64,000 nucleotides of DNA, taken from positions 3,659 through 67,658 of the forward strand of contig JAGALS010000075.1 of assembly GCA_017625065.1 (NCBI GenBank), written 5' to 3'. Below the pieces are notes generated by a model. It did no database searches. It was given only the letters and a program-made list of their open reading frames with translations, and had not been told where the DNA came from. The position numbers were made by a program, and so were the translations under genes. This stretch comes from Clostridia bacterium (lineage in GTDB: Bacteria; Bacillota; Clostridia; Oscillospirales; CAG-272). Below, piece after piece: positions 15,306 through 23,769 of this stretch. Numbering within the stretch: the stretch's first letter is position 1; each line of letters begins with the position of its first letter.

Positions 15306-17282
15306 TTATCGCACGCTGCCATAGTATTCGGTCTCAAAGGCATTGCTATCGAGCATCGCATCCGTTTCGCGCTCGGGCGACTGGGCGCGTGCATAGCGCG
15401 CATCGGCTGCGATCAAAGCCGATGCTACAAAGAACAAAAGCAAGGCGGCGGGATCGTACCACGCGTAACGGAATATGCTCAAGATCAGCACGCCCGTTGC
15501 CATCACGATGCCCGTTATGGCAGAAAAACGACTGCCCTTATCCGTTGTGCTTCGCAACAGCGAGAAGCAATTTTGATAGAACAGGAAGAAAAACGCAACA
15601 GGCAGAAGGACACCAAGAATTCCGCCCTCCAGCAAGCGATACAGCCAAAAGTTCATTGATCTTGCAACAACGCTTGGAGCAGTAGCGGTATAGAGCATAG
15701 AGAACTGCTCGATTCCCCCGTTACCAAGACCGAACAAAAGGCGTGCAAAGCCGGCACCGCGTGCAAACACACCGCTACCGTTTTCAAAAAACATATTTGC
15801 TGCCAAGTGCCCTGCCCCCGTATTACGCGCAATGGCGGTTCCGGAATCGGTGCTGAGCGTGGAAAGAAATCCCTTTCGCGCGGGATCGGGCAAAACAGCG
15901 ATCAAAACAGGCGTTAACGCGCCACCCACCAAAACAAACGGGAAGGCGTTTTTGGTGTACAGCAGCAAAAACGCGATCAGCATCAAAAGCATCGCGACCC
16001 AAGCGCTTTGTACCCACGTCAGCACGCACGCGGCGATCACGGTGATCATCGCAAAGCCTGCCGGTAAGCGATATTGCTTTTTCGCGCCGACAAAGGCTGA
16101 GAGCGCAAACGGGAAGGCAAGCACAAGGAAGTAGGCAAAGGTGGTGTGATCGGCAAAGCCTGCGTACACGTGTCCGCCAAGGGTTGGCATCGGCGCTCCG
16201 TTTGCGCTCCACGCGGCGGCATAAATAAACTGAACGATACCAAGAAGCGATGCTGCGGTCGCGGAAACGATCAATGCAACGCGGCAACGATCCAACCATC
16301 GGGAGGTTGCGATCACGTTGACCACAAGGAAATAGAAGCCGACCAGCAGCGCCGACAAAAGCGCGCCGGCAAAAGCGCCCTTCCCTGCCACCGAAAAGCC
16401 CGAAAGCACAAACAAAACAAGCATCAGCAAAACGGGAAGATCCTGCACTTCCATATGAAACGCACGGTTACCGCGCAAAAGCTTACCCAGATACGCCACC
16501 AACGGTACCGCCACAAGGAAGGCGATCCAATAGGCGCTATGCGGCAAAAATCCCGCAAACGGAACGAAAAGGATCAGCAAAAGCACGCCTGCCTCCGGCA
16601 CGGAAAGCACCAACGCAAGCAGCAAGAAGGCGAGTGCGCCCACAAGCAGATAGATCGGGGAGGTCAGCGCGCTGACGGCGCCGATGACCATACCCAGCGG
16701 TACGGCGATCACGTGACCCTGCTTGCCGAGCTGCGGCACGTCGCAAAGCGCATCATCGGATACGCCGAACACCTCGATCAGGATCTTTTGGAAAAAGAGT
16801 CCCTTGGAAAGCGCATATCCAAGCGAAGCATCGGAAAACAGCAGCATAATACCAAGGATCAGCGCCGCAATACCGGAAAACAGATTCAGCACCTCTACCC
16901 TGCCGTTCTGCCAGATCACCGAGAACAGCCAATACATAATAGCGGAATAAGAGCCGGATGTCACAAAAAACAATCCAAATGTACGCAAGCTGCATTGACA
17001 CAGCAAGCGGAACAGCGCCTTCACGCCGCCCGATATCATACTTTGATTCATAGCGATCGCAATATTGCGGCGGATCGCGCGGTGCAACCTTCCTCCACTG
17101 CGCTCTGTCGCGGTGGAAAGCCTTCCCACACGGGAAGCACGGAATACCCGATCGACCTTTGTATAGGAGGTAAAGACACGGCCGATGAAGCCTGCCGAGA
17201 TCATATGATAAACAAAATTCGTCAGAAACGTAAAGAAGCGGACGATATAGCTGTCACGCGCTCTGGACCTTCCGGATCTCAT
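15306..17282 (-). CDS. O-antigen ligase/polymerase-like (Wzy_C-type) polytopic membrane protein
   Basis: 658 aa with more than 12 predicted TM helices. The C-terminal part has NFWLYRLLEGGILGVLL, resembling the HN..L..l.E.G..G motif of O-antigen ligase-like proteins. AAGGAGG RBS 7 nt before ATG 17282. Confidence 0.65.
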   Translation of the reverse strand: MRSGRSRARDSYIVRFFTFLTNFVYHMISAGFIGRVFTSYTKVDRVFRASRVGRLSTATERSGGRLHRAIRRNIAIAMNQSMISGGVKALFRLLCQCSLRTFGLFFVTSGSYSAIMYWLFSVIWQNGRVEVLNLFSGIAALILGIMLLFSDASLGYALSKGLFFQKILIEVFGVSDDALCDVPQLGKQGHVIAVPLGMVIGAVSALTSPIYLLVGALAFLLLALVLSVPEAGVLLLILFVPFAGFLPHSAYWIAFLVAVPLVAYLGKLLRGNRAFHMEVQDLPVLLMLVLFVLSGFSVAGKGAFAGALLSALLVGFYFLVVNVIATSRWLDRCRVALIVSATAASLLGIVQFIYAAAWSANGAPMPTLGGHVYAGFADHTTFAYFLVLAFPFALSAFVGAKKQYRLPAGFAMITVIAACVLTWVQSAWVAMLLMLIAFLLLYTKNAFPFVLVGGALTPVLIAVLPDPARKGFLSTLSTDSGTAIARNTGAGHLAANMFFENGSGVFARGAGFARLLFGLGNGGIEQFSMLYTATAPSVVARSMNFWLYRLLEGGILGVLLPVAFFFLFYQNCFSLLRSTTDKGSRFSAITGIVMATGVLILSIFRYAWYDPAALLLFFVASALIAADARYARAQSPERETDAMLDSNAFETEYYGSVR

Positions 17283-17308
17283 ATCTTTTTCCTCCTTTCA
17301 AATTGATT

Positions 17309-18001
17309 TCAGTCCTTCTGCTCAAGCAGCTCGGGGCGCATACGGCGTGTTATTTCAAATGCCTGCTCGGTGCGCCATTTTTCTATGTTCGCGTGATGCC
17401 CCGACAGCAGCACGTCGGGCACGACTCTTCCGTGAAATTCCACGGGTCTTGTGTATTGGGGATATTCCAGCAAGCCGCTTGAAAAGCTTTCCTTTTCATA
17501 GCATTCGGGGTCTGCCAGCACCCCTTCGACAAGGCGCGCCACCGCATCCACCACAAGGCAGGCGGGCAGCTCTCCGCCCGTCAGCACGAAATCGCCGATC
17601 GAGATCTCCTCGTCCACGATCTCCTCGATGATACGGGTATCCACGCCCTCGTAATGACCGCACAAAAGGATCAGCTGATCCAAGGTCGCTAGCTCCTGCG
17701 CCTTTTTTTGATCAAACACCTTGCCGCGCGGCGATAGATACACCACGCGCCGCTTTTGCGCTTCGGGTGCGCTATCGACGATCGCTTGATAGCAATCGTA
17801 GATGGGCGGCGCCATCATCAGCATCCCCTTGCCGCCACCGTAGGGGGTATCGTCCACCCGACGGTGCTTGTCCTTAGAATAATCCCTGATGTTGTGGGCA
17901 TTGACCTCGATCGCTCCGCTTTTTTGCGCGCGACCGATGATGCTTTCGTTCAAAATACCGCTTACAAGATCGGGAAACAGGGTCATAATATCAAACCGCA
18001 T
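17309..18001 (-). CDS. trmD: tRNA (guanine37-N1)-methyltransferase
   Basis: MRFDIMTLFPD..., RVDDTPYGGGKGMLM and GHYEGVDTR signatures. The start overlaps the rimM stop (TGATG). Confidence 0.95.
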   Translation of the reverse strand: MRFDIMTLFPDLVSGILNESIIGRAQKSGAIEVNAHNIRDYSKDKHRRVDDTPYGGGKGMLMMAPPIYDCYQAIVDSAPEAQKRRVVYLSPRGKVFDQKKAQELATLDQLILLCGHYEGVDTRIIEEIVDEEISIGDFVLTGGELPACLVVDAVARLVEGVLADPECYEKESFSSGLLEYPQYTRPVEFHGRVVPDVLLSGHHANIEKWRTEQAFEITRRMRPELLEQKD

Positions 18002-18513
18002 CAGTCAAACATCCCTTCAATGGGGGTTAAAAAGATCCCCTTTTCTTCATCCACACGCTTCACAAATTCGGGTACGACGGGCACCATCGCCTCGCCCTTT
18101 TCGGTGCGGATCACATAAATATCGCTGGCACCCGGATGGATCACATCCGTGAGCGTGCCGAGCTGCTCGCCCGTATCGGCGTGAAAGACCTTCATCCCCT
18201 TCATTTCGGCGATCAGCAGCACGTCGTCGGGCAGCTGCAGGTCGCGGCGGTCGGCATACAGCACCTTGCCACGAAGCGCTTCCGCCTTTTCCATCGTGTC
18301 AATGCCCGCAAGTTCGGCAAAGATGAATCGTCCGCCAAAAACAGAAGCACTTAAGAGCGTCAAGGGCAAAAGCTCGCCGTTTTCACGCAAATAGACCGTG
18401 GGCAATGCCGCAAACACCTCGGGAGAATCGCACCAGGGTTCGATCTTCACCCCACCGTGACAGCCGTGCGTATTGATGATCTTTCCGCATTCGGGATATT
18501 TGATCCGTGCCAT
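18001..18513 (-). CDS. rimM: Ribosome maturation factor RimM
   Basis: GKIINTHGCHGGVKI (RimM N-terminal barrel) plus a PRC-barrel C-terminus. ATG 18513 follows AAGGAGAA; the track start at 18537 lacks an RBS. Confidence 0.9.
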   Translation of the reverse strand: MARIKYPECGKIINTHGCHGGVKIEPWCDSPEVFAALPTVYLRENGELLPLTLLSASVFGGRFIFAELAGIDTMEKAEALRGKVLYADRRDLQLPDDVLLIAEMKGMKVFHADTGEQLGTLTDVIHPGASDIYVIRTEKGEAMVPVVPEFVKRVDEEKGIFLTPIEGMFD

Positions 18514-18664
18514 ATCTTCTCCTTTCCGTGAAAGCATACACTATAAACATTCCATATTTCATATAGTATAGCACAACTTGAAGCTTTTTTCAACAGGACG
18601 GGCCGATTTTTTACTTAAATTATATATTTTTTGCCATTTGAAGAAAATTTTTACATTTCAGGTC

Positions 18665-18693
18665 TTGTATTTCGGGGCAATAAAGGCTATAAT
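18665..18693 (+). promoter_or_regulatory. Candidate sigma-70-type promoter for yajC
   Basis: TTGTAT (18665-18670), 17-nt spacer, TATAAT (18688-18693), about 30 nt upstream of the yajC RBS. Confidence 0.4.
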
Positions 18694-18723
18694 AGAAGCA
18701 TCAATATTATTTGGAGGTTACAC

Positions 18724-19080
18724 ATGATTCCCAATACCATTCTTGCCGCAGCAAACAACGGCGGTGGCATCTGGATGACCGTCGCGATGATCGCGGTCAT
18801 CGTCATCGTATTTTATTTCTTTGGTATGCGCCCGCAGAAAAAGCAGGAGCAGGCCGCACAGCAAATGCGCAACAACCTTGCCGTAGGCGATGAGATCACC
18901 ACCATCGGTGGCATCATCGGCAAGATCGTCAGCATCAAGGAAGAGACCATGGTCATCGAGACCACGCGCGACCACACCCGCATCCGTTTGCTCAAGTCCG
19001 CTGTACGCAGTGTTGACGTTCCCGCAAACGTGAAGATCGAGGCTCCCGCAGAGGAAAAAGAAGAGCCCAAGGAGCAATGA
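18724..19080 (+). CDS. yajC: Preprotein translocase subunit YajC
   Basis: A single TM (WMTVAMIAVIVIVFYFF) is followed by RPQKKQ and then GDEITTIGGIIGKIVSIKE. GGAGG RBS before ATG 18724. Confidence 0.9.
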   Translation: MIPNTILAAANNGGGIWMTVAMIAVIVIVFYFFGMRPQKKQEQAAQQMRNNLAVGDEITTIGGIIGKIVSIKEETMVIETTRDHTRIRLLKSAVRSVDVPANVKIEAPAEEKEEPKEQ

Positions 19081-19148
19081 TCAAGGACTAAAAGCCATCC
19101 CCCCTTCATACAATGTACAAAACGTATGATCGTGAAGGAGGTTTGACC

Positions 19149-19622
19149 GTGTCTACGCAAAAAAAGCCAAAACAAGCAGTAAGGCGGCATCGCCGTACCG
19201 CAACCGAGAAGGATGGGGCGATCACCCTTTCCAAAACGATGAAATGCGTCCTCTGGGCGCTGCCCATCACCGTGGCTGTGGGCTTGCTGCTTCTTTTGCT
19301 TTCAACTGCCCTTTTGCTTGCCACAAAGGATCCCGACCGTTATCACACCGCCGCGGCACTCGCGTGCCTGTACATCACCGCTTTTCTGGGCGGCCTCATT
19401 GCCACGCGGCTCTGCCGTCGCCGCTCGCCCCTTTTGTGCGGCCTTTGCGAGGCTGTGCTGCTCATTGTGCTTTTCACGGTGCTCGCATTTTGCTTGCCCG
19501 ATGGATGGCGGCACACGCAATCGGGCGGCTTTGCTCTGCTTACCAGGATATTGCTGTTACCCGCTACGATGATCGGTTCGTTTGTGGGAGCAAGAAAAAG
19601 AACCGCAAAACGCCGACATTGA
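19149..19622 (+). CDS. Small 4-TM membrane protein (TIGR04086-like, recalled as the usual yajC neighbour in Clostridia)
   Basis: AAGGAGG at 19134-19140, then GTG 19149 (VSTQKK...). Four hydrophobic helices. The family call is from memory of context and topology only. Confidence 0.55.
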   Translation: MSTQKKPKQAVRRHRRTATEKDGAITLSKTMKCVLWALPITVAVGLLLLLLSTALLLATKDPDRYHTAAALACLYITAFLGGLIATRLCRRRSPLLCGLCEAVLLIVLFTVLAFCLPDGWRHTQSGGFALLTRILLLPATMIGSFVGARKRTAKRRH

Positions 19623-19643
19623 TACCAAAAGGAAGTTCAAATT

Positions 19644-20036
19644 ATGCTGATCTTATTTCGTCACAACGCAAAAAAATATGCCTACGACACCGCTTGCGGT
19701 GCGCTCCACACCCTCAGCGCGTTGGAATACCGTATGCTGGAGGCGATCCAGCCGCCGATGAGTCCCGTCTGCCCCACGGCATTGCGCTACGAGCTTGCCA
19801 AATACGATTCGGAAAGTGTTGCCGAATGCTATGACGTTCTTTACGAAAAGGCGGCAGACGGTATGATTTTTGCGCCCGAAAACGGCACACTCTGCGTGCC
19901 CGCTGCAGACCGCGATACGGTGCGTGCGGCACTTTCCGCCGCGGTTGAAAAGCTCTCTGCGCCCGTTCACGTCAAGGGCGATGTCGAAGGCCTTGCAAAA
20001 GAGATCCTAGGCACAAAAAATTTGATTCAAGATTAA
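19644..20036 (+). CDS. Hypothetical 130-aa protein resembling the N-terminal (RRE-like) domain of SCIFF radical-SAM maturase ScfB
   Basis: AAGGAAG RBS. The pattern Y.YD...G.LH.LS..EY.MLE.I.PP......P..LR.EL.KY......E.Y..LYE....GMIF..E matches my recollection of the N-termini of ScfB/CteB-type maturases. There is no CxxxCxxC radical-SAM core. Confidence 0.5.
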   Translation: MLILFRHNAKKYAYDTACGALHTLSALEYRMLEAIQPPMSPVCPTALRYELAKYDSESVAECYDVLYEKAADGMIFAPENGTLCVPAADRDTVRAALSAAVEKLSAPVHVKGDVEGLAKEILGTKNLIQD

Positions 20037-20054
20037 AACAAAGGAGATTTCAAA

Positions 20055-20348
20055 ATGATCGCAACACTTGTTTTTGTTGACGTGAAGCCCGAAAACATCG
20101 AGGCGTTCCGCGCCATCACCGTCTACAACCACGAAAACACTCGCAAGGAGGAAGGAAACGTCCGCTTCGACGTGCTGCAAAGCCGCGAAGATCCCTCCAA
20201 GTTCACATTGTACGAGGTTTTTCGCGATGAGGAGGCTGCCGCCTTCCACAAAACGACCGCCCATTATCTGCGCTGGCGCGAGGAGGTTGCCCCCTATATG
20301 GCAACACCGCGTAAGGCTCTGCCTACAACGCCCTTGGCGTTTGATTAA
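20055..20348 (+). CDS. Antibiotic-biosynthesis-monooxygenase (ABM/YgiN-like) family protein
   Basis: 97 aa with a ferredoxin-like ABM pattern (V.VKPE..E.F......H...T.KE.G...FDVLQS.EDP..F.LYEVF.DE.A...H..T.HY..W). GGAG RBS. Confidence 0.85.
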   Translation: MIATLVFVDVKPENIEAFRAITVYNHENTRKEEGNVRFDVLQSREDPSKFTLYEVFRDEEAAAFHKTTAHYLRWREEVAPYMATPRKALPTTPLAFD

Positions 20349-20421
20349 CCCCATAACGGTATGAAAGGGGCTGCTTCATTAGCGCCGAACAAAAACACAC
20401 AAAACAAAAATGAATAAAAAG

Positions 20422-20464
20422 AAGCCGCTTTGCCATCAAGAAGTGATGGTGAAGCGGCTTTTTA
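20422..20464 (+). terminator. Rho-independent terminator after the ABM gene
   Basis: AAGCCGCTT...(inner CCATC/GATGG)...AAGCGGCTT followed by TTT. Confidence 0.75.
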
Positions 20465-20516
20465 AGGTAGAAATCCTTGCGGATTTCAATTTTATGTGTG
20501 TTTTTTAGGCGATGCT

Positions 20517-20828
20517 CTCGGCACTCGACGTATTTTTATACGCATAGGCACAACCGACAAGCCCAAACCCGATTTTGCGGGATAGATTTGGGCTGCTGCT
20601 ACGTTAAAATACTCGTTAAACCGCTTGGTTTAACTGTGTTTTGTGCCTTGCATCACCCTCAAATCCATTCCGCAAAATTCTGCGACCTGTGAGGAGTGGA
20701 ATTGCGTGGGATTTTGGGTGCGGAGGACGCAGTAAGGTATCACCTTGCAAGGACGACAAGCCCGAAAGAACCGATATTCCACCATCACAGGCGAGTTTGG
20801 ACTTGTCGGTTGTGCCTATCGTGCCGAG
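20517..20828. repeat. Non-coding, highly structured element bounded by long inverted repeats (MITE-like element or structured RNA candidate)
   Basis: The 24-nt IR ATAGGCACAACCGACAAGCCCAAA (20544-20567) matches TTTGGACTTGTCGGTTGTGCCTAT (20796-20819) at 23 of 24 positions. An outer pair CTCGGCAC (20517-20524) / GTGCCGAG (20821-20828) extends it. Nested internal hairpins include GTTAAACC-GCTT-GGTTTAAC and CACCCTCAAATCC...GGGATTTTGGGTG. Confidence 0.6.
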
Positions 20829-20862
20829 ATCACACCTTCTGCATCTAATGACTCAGCTCCTT

Positions 20863-21798
20863 TTAAGTTTCTTTTTGATATTCTATCGTCGCGCGGATAC
20901 CGTCCGCAAAAGCCGTGGTCGGTGTAAAGCCCGTGTCGGCTTGCAAGGTCGAAATATCTGCTTCTAAGTGCATCACCTGCAAGGGACTGTACGGAACCTC
21001 GCCAAAGCCAAGCGGTAATGCGGGGTCGATCGCATCGCGGATCTCCTCAACGTATTCTCGCAACGGACGGGCGATGCCGCTGCCAAGTGGATAAATCTTT
21101 CCGTTGTTCCCCTGCTCCGCGATCAAACGGAAAGCACGGGCGGCGTCCGAGGCATACAAATAATCCCATAGCTGTTCCCCCGCCGTGAGAGAAGGCTTTT
21201 TGCCGCAAAGAAGCGCTTGGATTACGCCCGATATCATCGTGGCATCGCTGTCACCGGGGCCGTAAACACTTAAAATACGCACCCATATGTGGTCTATACT
21301 CATTTTTTTACATTCGATGCGGCTCATCTGCCCTGCGCACAGCTTGGCAATGCCATAACCGTTTTCGGGGAAGCAAGGAGTATCGGGCTTCAGCAAACCC
21401 TCTACCCTGCCGTATTCCGCCTGACTGCCCGCGCCGACAAACACCTGACAACCAAGCGCATGAGCGGCGCGGACCGCTTCAAGGGTGCAGGATATATTTT
21501 CGGTCTGCGCCGTCATATCGTTTCTGCCCTCACCCGTGGTATGCGCCCACGCAAAGTGATAAAAGGCATCGGCACCCTGCGGGATCAGCTTCGGTAAGTG
21601 AGCAAATTCCCACATATCGCACGGCACGACCTCGATCAAGGGGTGCTGCGGGATCGCCGCAGCACGCGGTGAGTTCGGTCGGCAAATTGCGAACACGTGT
21701 ATGCCATTTTGCGCCAATTCCAGGCACAACGCCGTACCGATGGCACCCGTCGGGCCTGTCACAACAGCTTTTTTTATGTTTCTTTTTTTCATTTTCAT
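20863..21798 (-). CDS. NAD-dependent epimerase/dehydratase family (extended SDR) protein
   Basis: VVTGPTGAIGTAL Rossmann motif and YGIAK (YxxxK) catalytic motif. The start overlaps the stop of the upstream ThDP enzyme gene. Confidence 0.85.
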   Translation of the reverse strand: MKMKKRNIKKAVVTGPTGAIGTALCLELAQNGIHVFAICRPNSPRAAAIPQHPLIEVVPCDMWEFAHLPKLIPQGADAFYHFAWAHTTGEGRNDMTAQTENISCTLEAVRAAHALGCQVFVGAGSQAEYGRVEGLLKPDTPCFPENGYGIAKLCAGQMSRIECKKMSIDHIWVRILSVYGPGDSDATMISGVIQALLCGKKPSLTAGEQLWDYLYASDAARAFRLIAEQGNNGKIYPLGSGIARPLREYVEEIRDAIDPALPLGFGEVPYSPLQVMHLEADISTLQADTGFTPTTAFADGIRATIEYQKET

Positions 21799-23627
21799 TC
21801 CTCTGATATCATCGGTATGAACATTTGCTGTTTCAATTCCTCACGGGGCAGGAAGGGAGCAAGGTCCTCCAAGGGAGGCGACACTAACATGCCGTCGGGC
21901 AGACGCTTGGTACTGCTTTTGGGCTCCCAAACCTGCGCGGTATCGGTGAAAATTTCACAAAATACGGGACCTTCAAGGGAAAGCACCGTGTCCACCACTT
22001 CCATCATTTCGCTGTTACTGTGGGCACTGTAATACGGATAGCCGAATGCCTTGGCAATCAGCTCAAATTTCGGGAAGGAAAGGTCACCCGACTCCTCGCC
22101 GATGCCGACCTTACAATGATCAGAAAACAGATTGCTTTGCGTGATACGGATCGAGTGATATCCCCCGTTGTTGATCAGAAAGATCTTGATCGGCAGACGG
22201 TTGGTGAGCACGGTCTGCAGCTCCTGCAGATTCATCATGATCGAGCCGTCGCCCTCAAGGCAGATCGTATCTCTTTTTCCACCGCCAATACAGGTGCCGA
22301 TCGCGGCGGGAAGGCCGTATCCCATACTTGCCACAGCGCTGTTATTTGCCATACGTGTGCCTTTTTTGATGACATATGCCTGATTTCCGACCACACAGCA
22401 GGCACCGTTGGAAACGGCTGTCAGGCTGTTTTCGGGCAGTCGACTGCTGAGATACCGCACGAAGGCGTATACGTTTGCGGCGGTGCCGTTCTCTTCCAAG
22501 TGGCGTGCGAGCACGACGGGATAGTCACTCTTCCAGCGCGCGCAGGTCTCATTCCATAAGCCGCCCTTGCTGACCGCAGCCTCAGCCGCCAAAGAAAGCT
22601 TTGTCAAAAAATCCTTGGCATCAGCCCAGATCGGCATCTCGACGTGAAGCGTGGGCTTTTTCATCTCTGCCTTGTCGATATCCACCATAATGACCTCTGC
22701 CTCGCGCGCCCAGGTCTGCCAATTATAGCCGACCTGACGGATCGAAATACGCGTACCGACAGCAAGGATCAAGTCGGCGTTCTGGATCGCAAAGTTGCCC
22801 GCGCGATCGCCCATATTCCCCGCTCTGCCGCAGTATAGGGGGTGCTCGTCCTCAATGAGATCGACGGCATTCCAATAGGTCACAACGGGAATGTTCAGCT
22901 TTTCTAAAGCTAAACGGAATGCATCATATCCACCCGACAAGCGGATGCCGTAGCCCGCGTAAAGCACGGGGCGTTTCGCATAGCGGAGCTTTTCAAGCAC
23001 AGTCTCAATAACATCATCGGATACCGCGGGCGGAAGCTTGGCATCATCCTCGGTGGGATCGTATCCAACAAGCTCGTCGGTTTCAATAAATCCGCCTTGA
23101 AAATTAACGGGAATGTCGATCCAGACAGGCCCCGGTCGCCCTGTTGTCGCAAGGTGCCAGCCCTTCTCCAGCGCGTATCGAATATCCTTTGGATCCTCGA
23201 TCATCGTGGCATATTTGGTCATAGGCGCAACAGACCTGACAATGTCATACTCCTGATCGCCCATCGCGCGCAACGGCTCCTCGGTATAGCGCAAGGCATA
23301 GCGCGCCGTGGTGTCGTAGCGAACCTGACCGCTGATGATGAACATCGGGATCGAATCAAGCCAACCGCCAAGCACACCCGTCAAGGCATTGGTGCCGCCG
23401 GGGCCCGTTGTCACACAAACCGCCGCTATTTTATTTTCGATGCGAGCATACGCCTCCGCTGCGATGGCACAGGCCTGCTCGTGATGATTATAGGTGACGT
23501 GAAGCGATGGATGATGCCCCAGCGCGTCGTTGAGGTGCATAGCACCTCCCCCAACAACGGAAAAAACGTCGCTGACACCCTTTTGCGCGAGAAAATCCGC
23601 AACATAATCGGCAAGTCGTTGTTTCAT
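21795..23627 (-). CDS. Thiamine-diphosphate-dependent enzyme (acetolactate-synthase-like; YerE-like sugar-branching enzyme is possible)
   Basis: N-terminal PYR domain (VVGGGAMHLNDAL...YNHHEQACAIAAEAYAR...TTGPGGTNALTG...ISGQV). ThDP-binding motif LEGDGSIMMNLQELQT...INNGGY. Confidence 0.85.
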   Translation of the reverse strand: MKQRLADYVADFLAQKGVSDVFSVVGGGAMHLNDALGHHPSLHVTYNHHEQACAIAAEAYARIENKIAAVCVTTGPGGTNALTGVLGGWLDSIPMFIISGQVRYDTTARYALRYTEEPLRAMGDQEYDIVRSVAPMTKYATMIEDPKDIRYALEKGWHLATTGRPGPVWIDIPVNFQGGFIETDELVGYDPTEDDAKLPPAVSDDVIETVLEKLRYAKRPVLYAGYGIRLSGGYDAFRLALEKLNIPVVTYWNAVDLIEDEHPLYCGRAGNMGDRAGNFAIQNADLILAVGTRISIRQVGYNWQTWAREAEVIMVDIDKAEMKKPTLHVEMPIWADAKDFLTKLSLAAEAAVSKGGLWNETCARWKSDYPVVLARHLEENGTAANVYAFVRYLSSRLPENSLTAVSNGACCVVGNQAYVIKKGTRMANNSAVASMGYGLPAAIGTCIGGGKRDTICLEGDGSIMMNLQELQTVLTNRLPIKIFLINNGGYHSIRITQSNLFSDHCKVGIGEESGDLSFPKFELIAKAFGYPYYSAHSNSEMMEVVDTVLSLEGPVFCEIFTDTAQVWEPKSSTKRLPDGMLVSPPLEDLAPFLPREELKQQMFIPMISEE

Positions 23628-23714
23628 AACATTCTCCGTAGATGCTCAAATTTAAAGTTATTATAGCATAGATATCAAAATATTGCAAGTACCGTTTTCA
23701 ATCATCCAAAAGGG

Positions 23715-23742
23715 TTGACAAAGCAAAAAAATGCGGTATAAT
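23715..23742 (+). promoter_or_regulatory. Candidate sigma-70-type promoter for the DUF4091-like gene
   Basis: TTGACA (23715-23720), 16-nt spacer, TATAAT (23737-23742), 28 nt upstream of ATG 23770. Confidence 0.5.
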
Positions 23743-23769
23743 AAAATCAAACGTTTCCAAGGAGATCTT

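Noticed and set aside
16146-17306. 386-aa plus-strand ORF rich in R, Q, K and H
   Set aside because: It is antisense to the 658-aa membrane protein gene, which has a strong RBS and coherent TM topology. Its composition is typical of the reverse frame of a hydrophobic gene.
20477-20967. Short ORFs (60-108 aa) in the 20.4-20.9 kb gap
   Set aside because: They have no RBSs, they run across the inverted repeats and hairpins, and one overlaps the 3' end of the SDR gene. The region is better explained as non-coding structured DNA.
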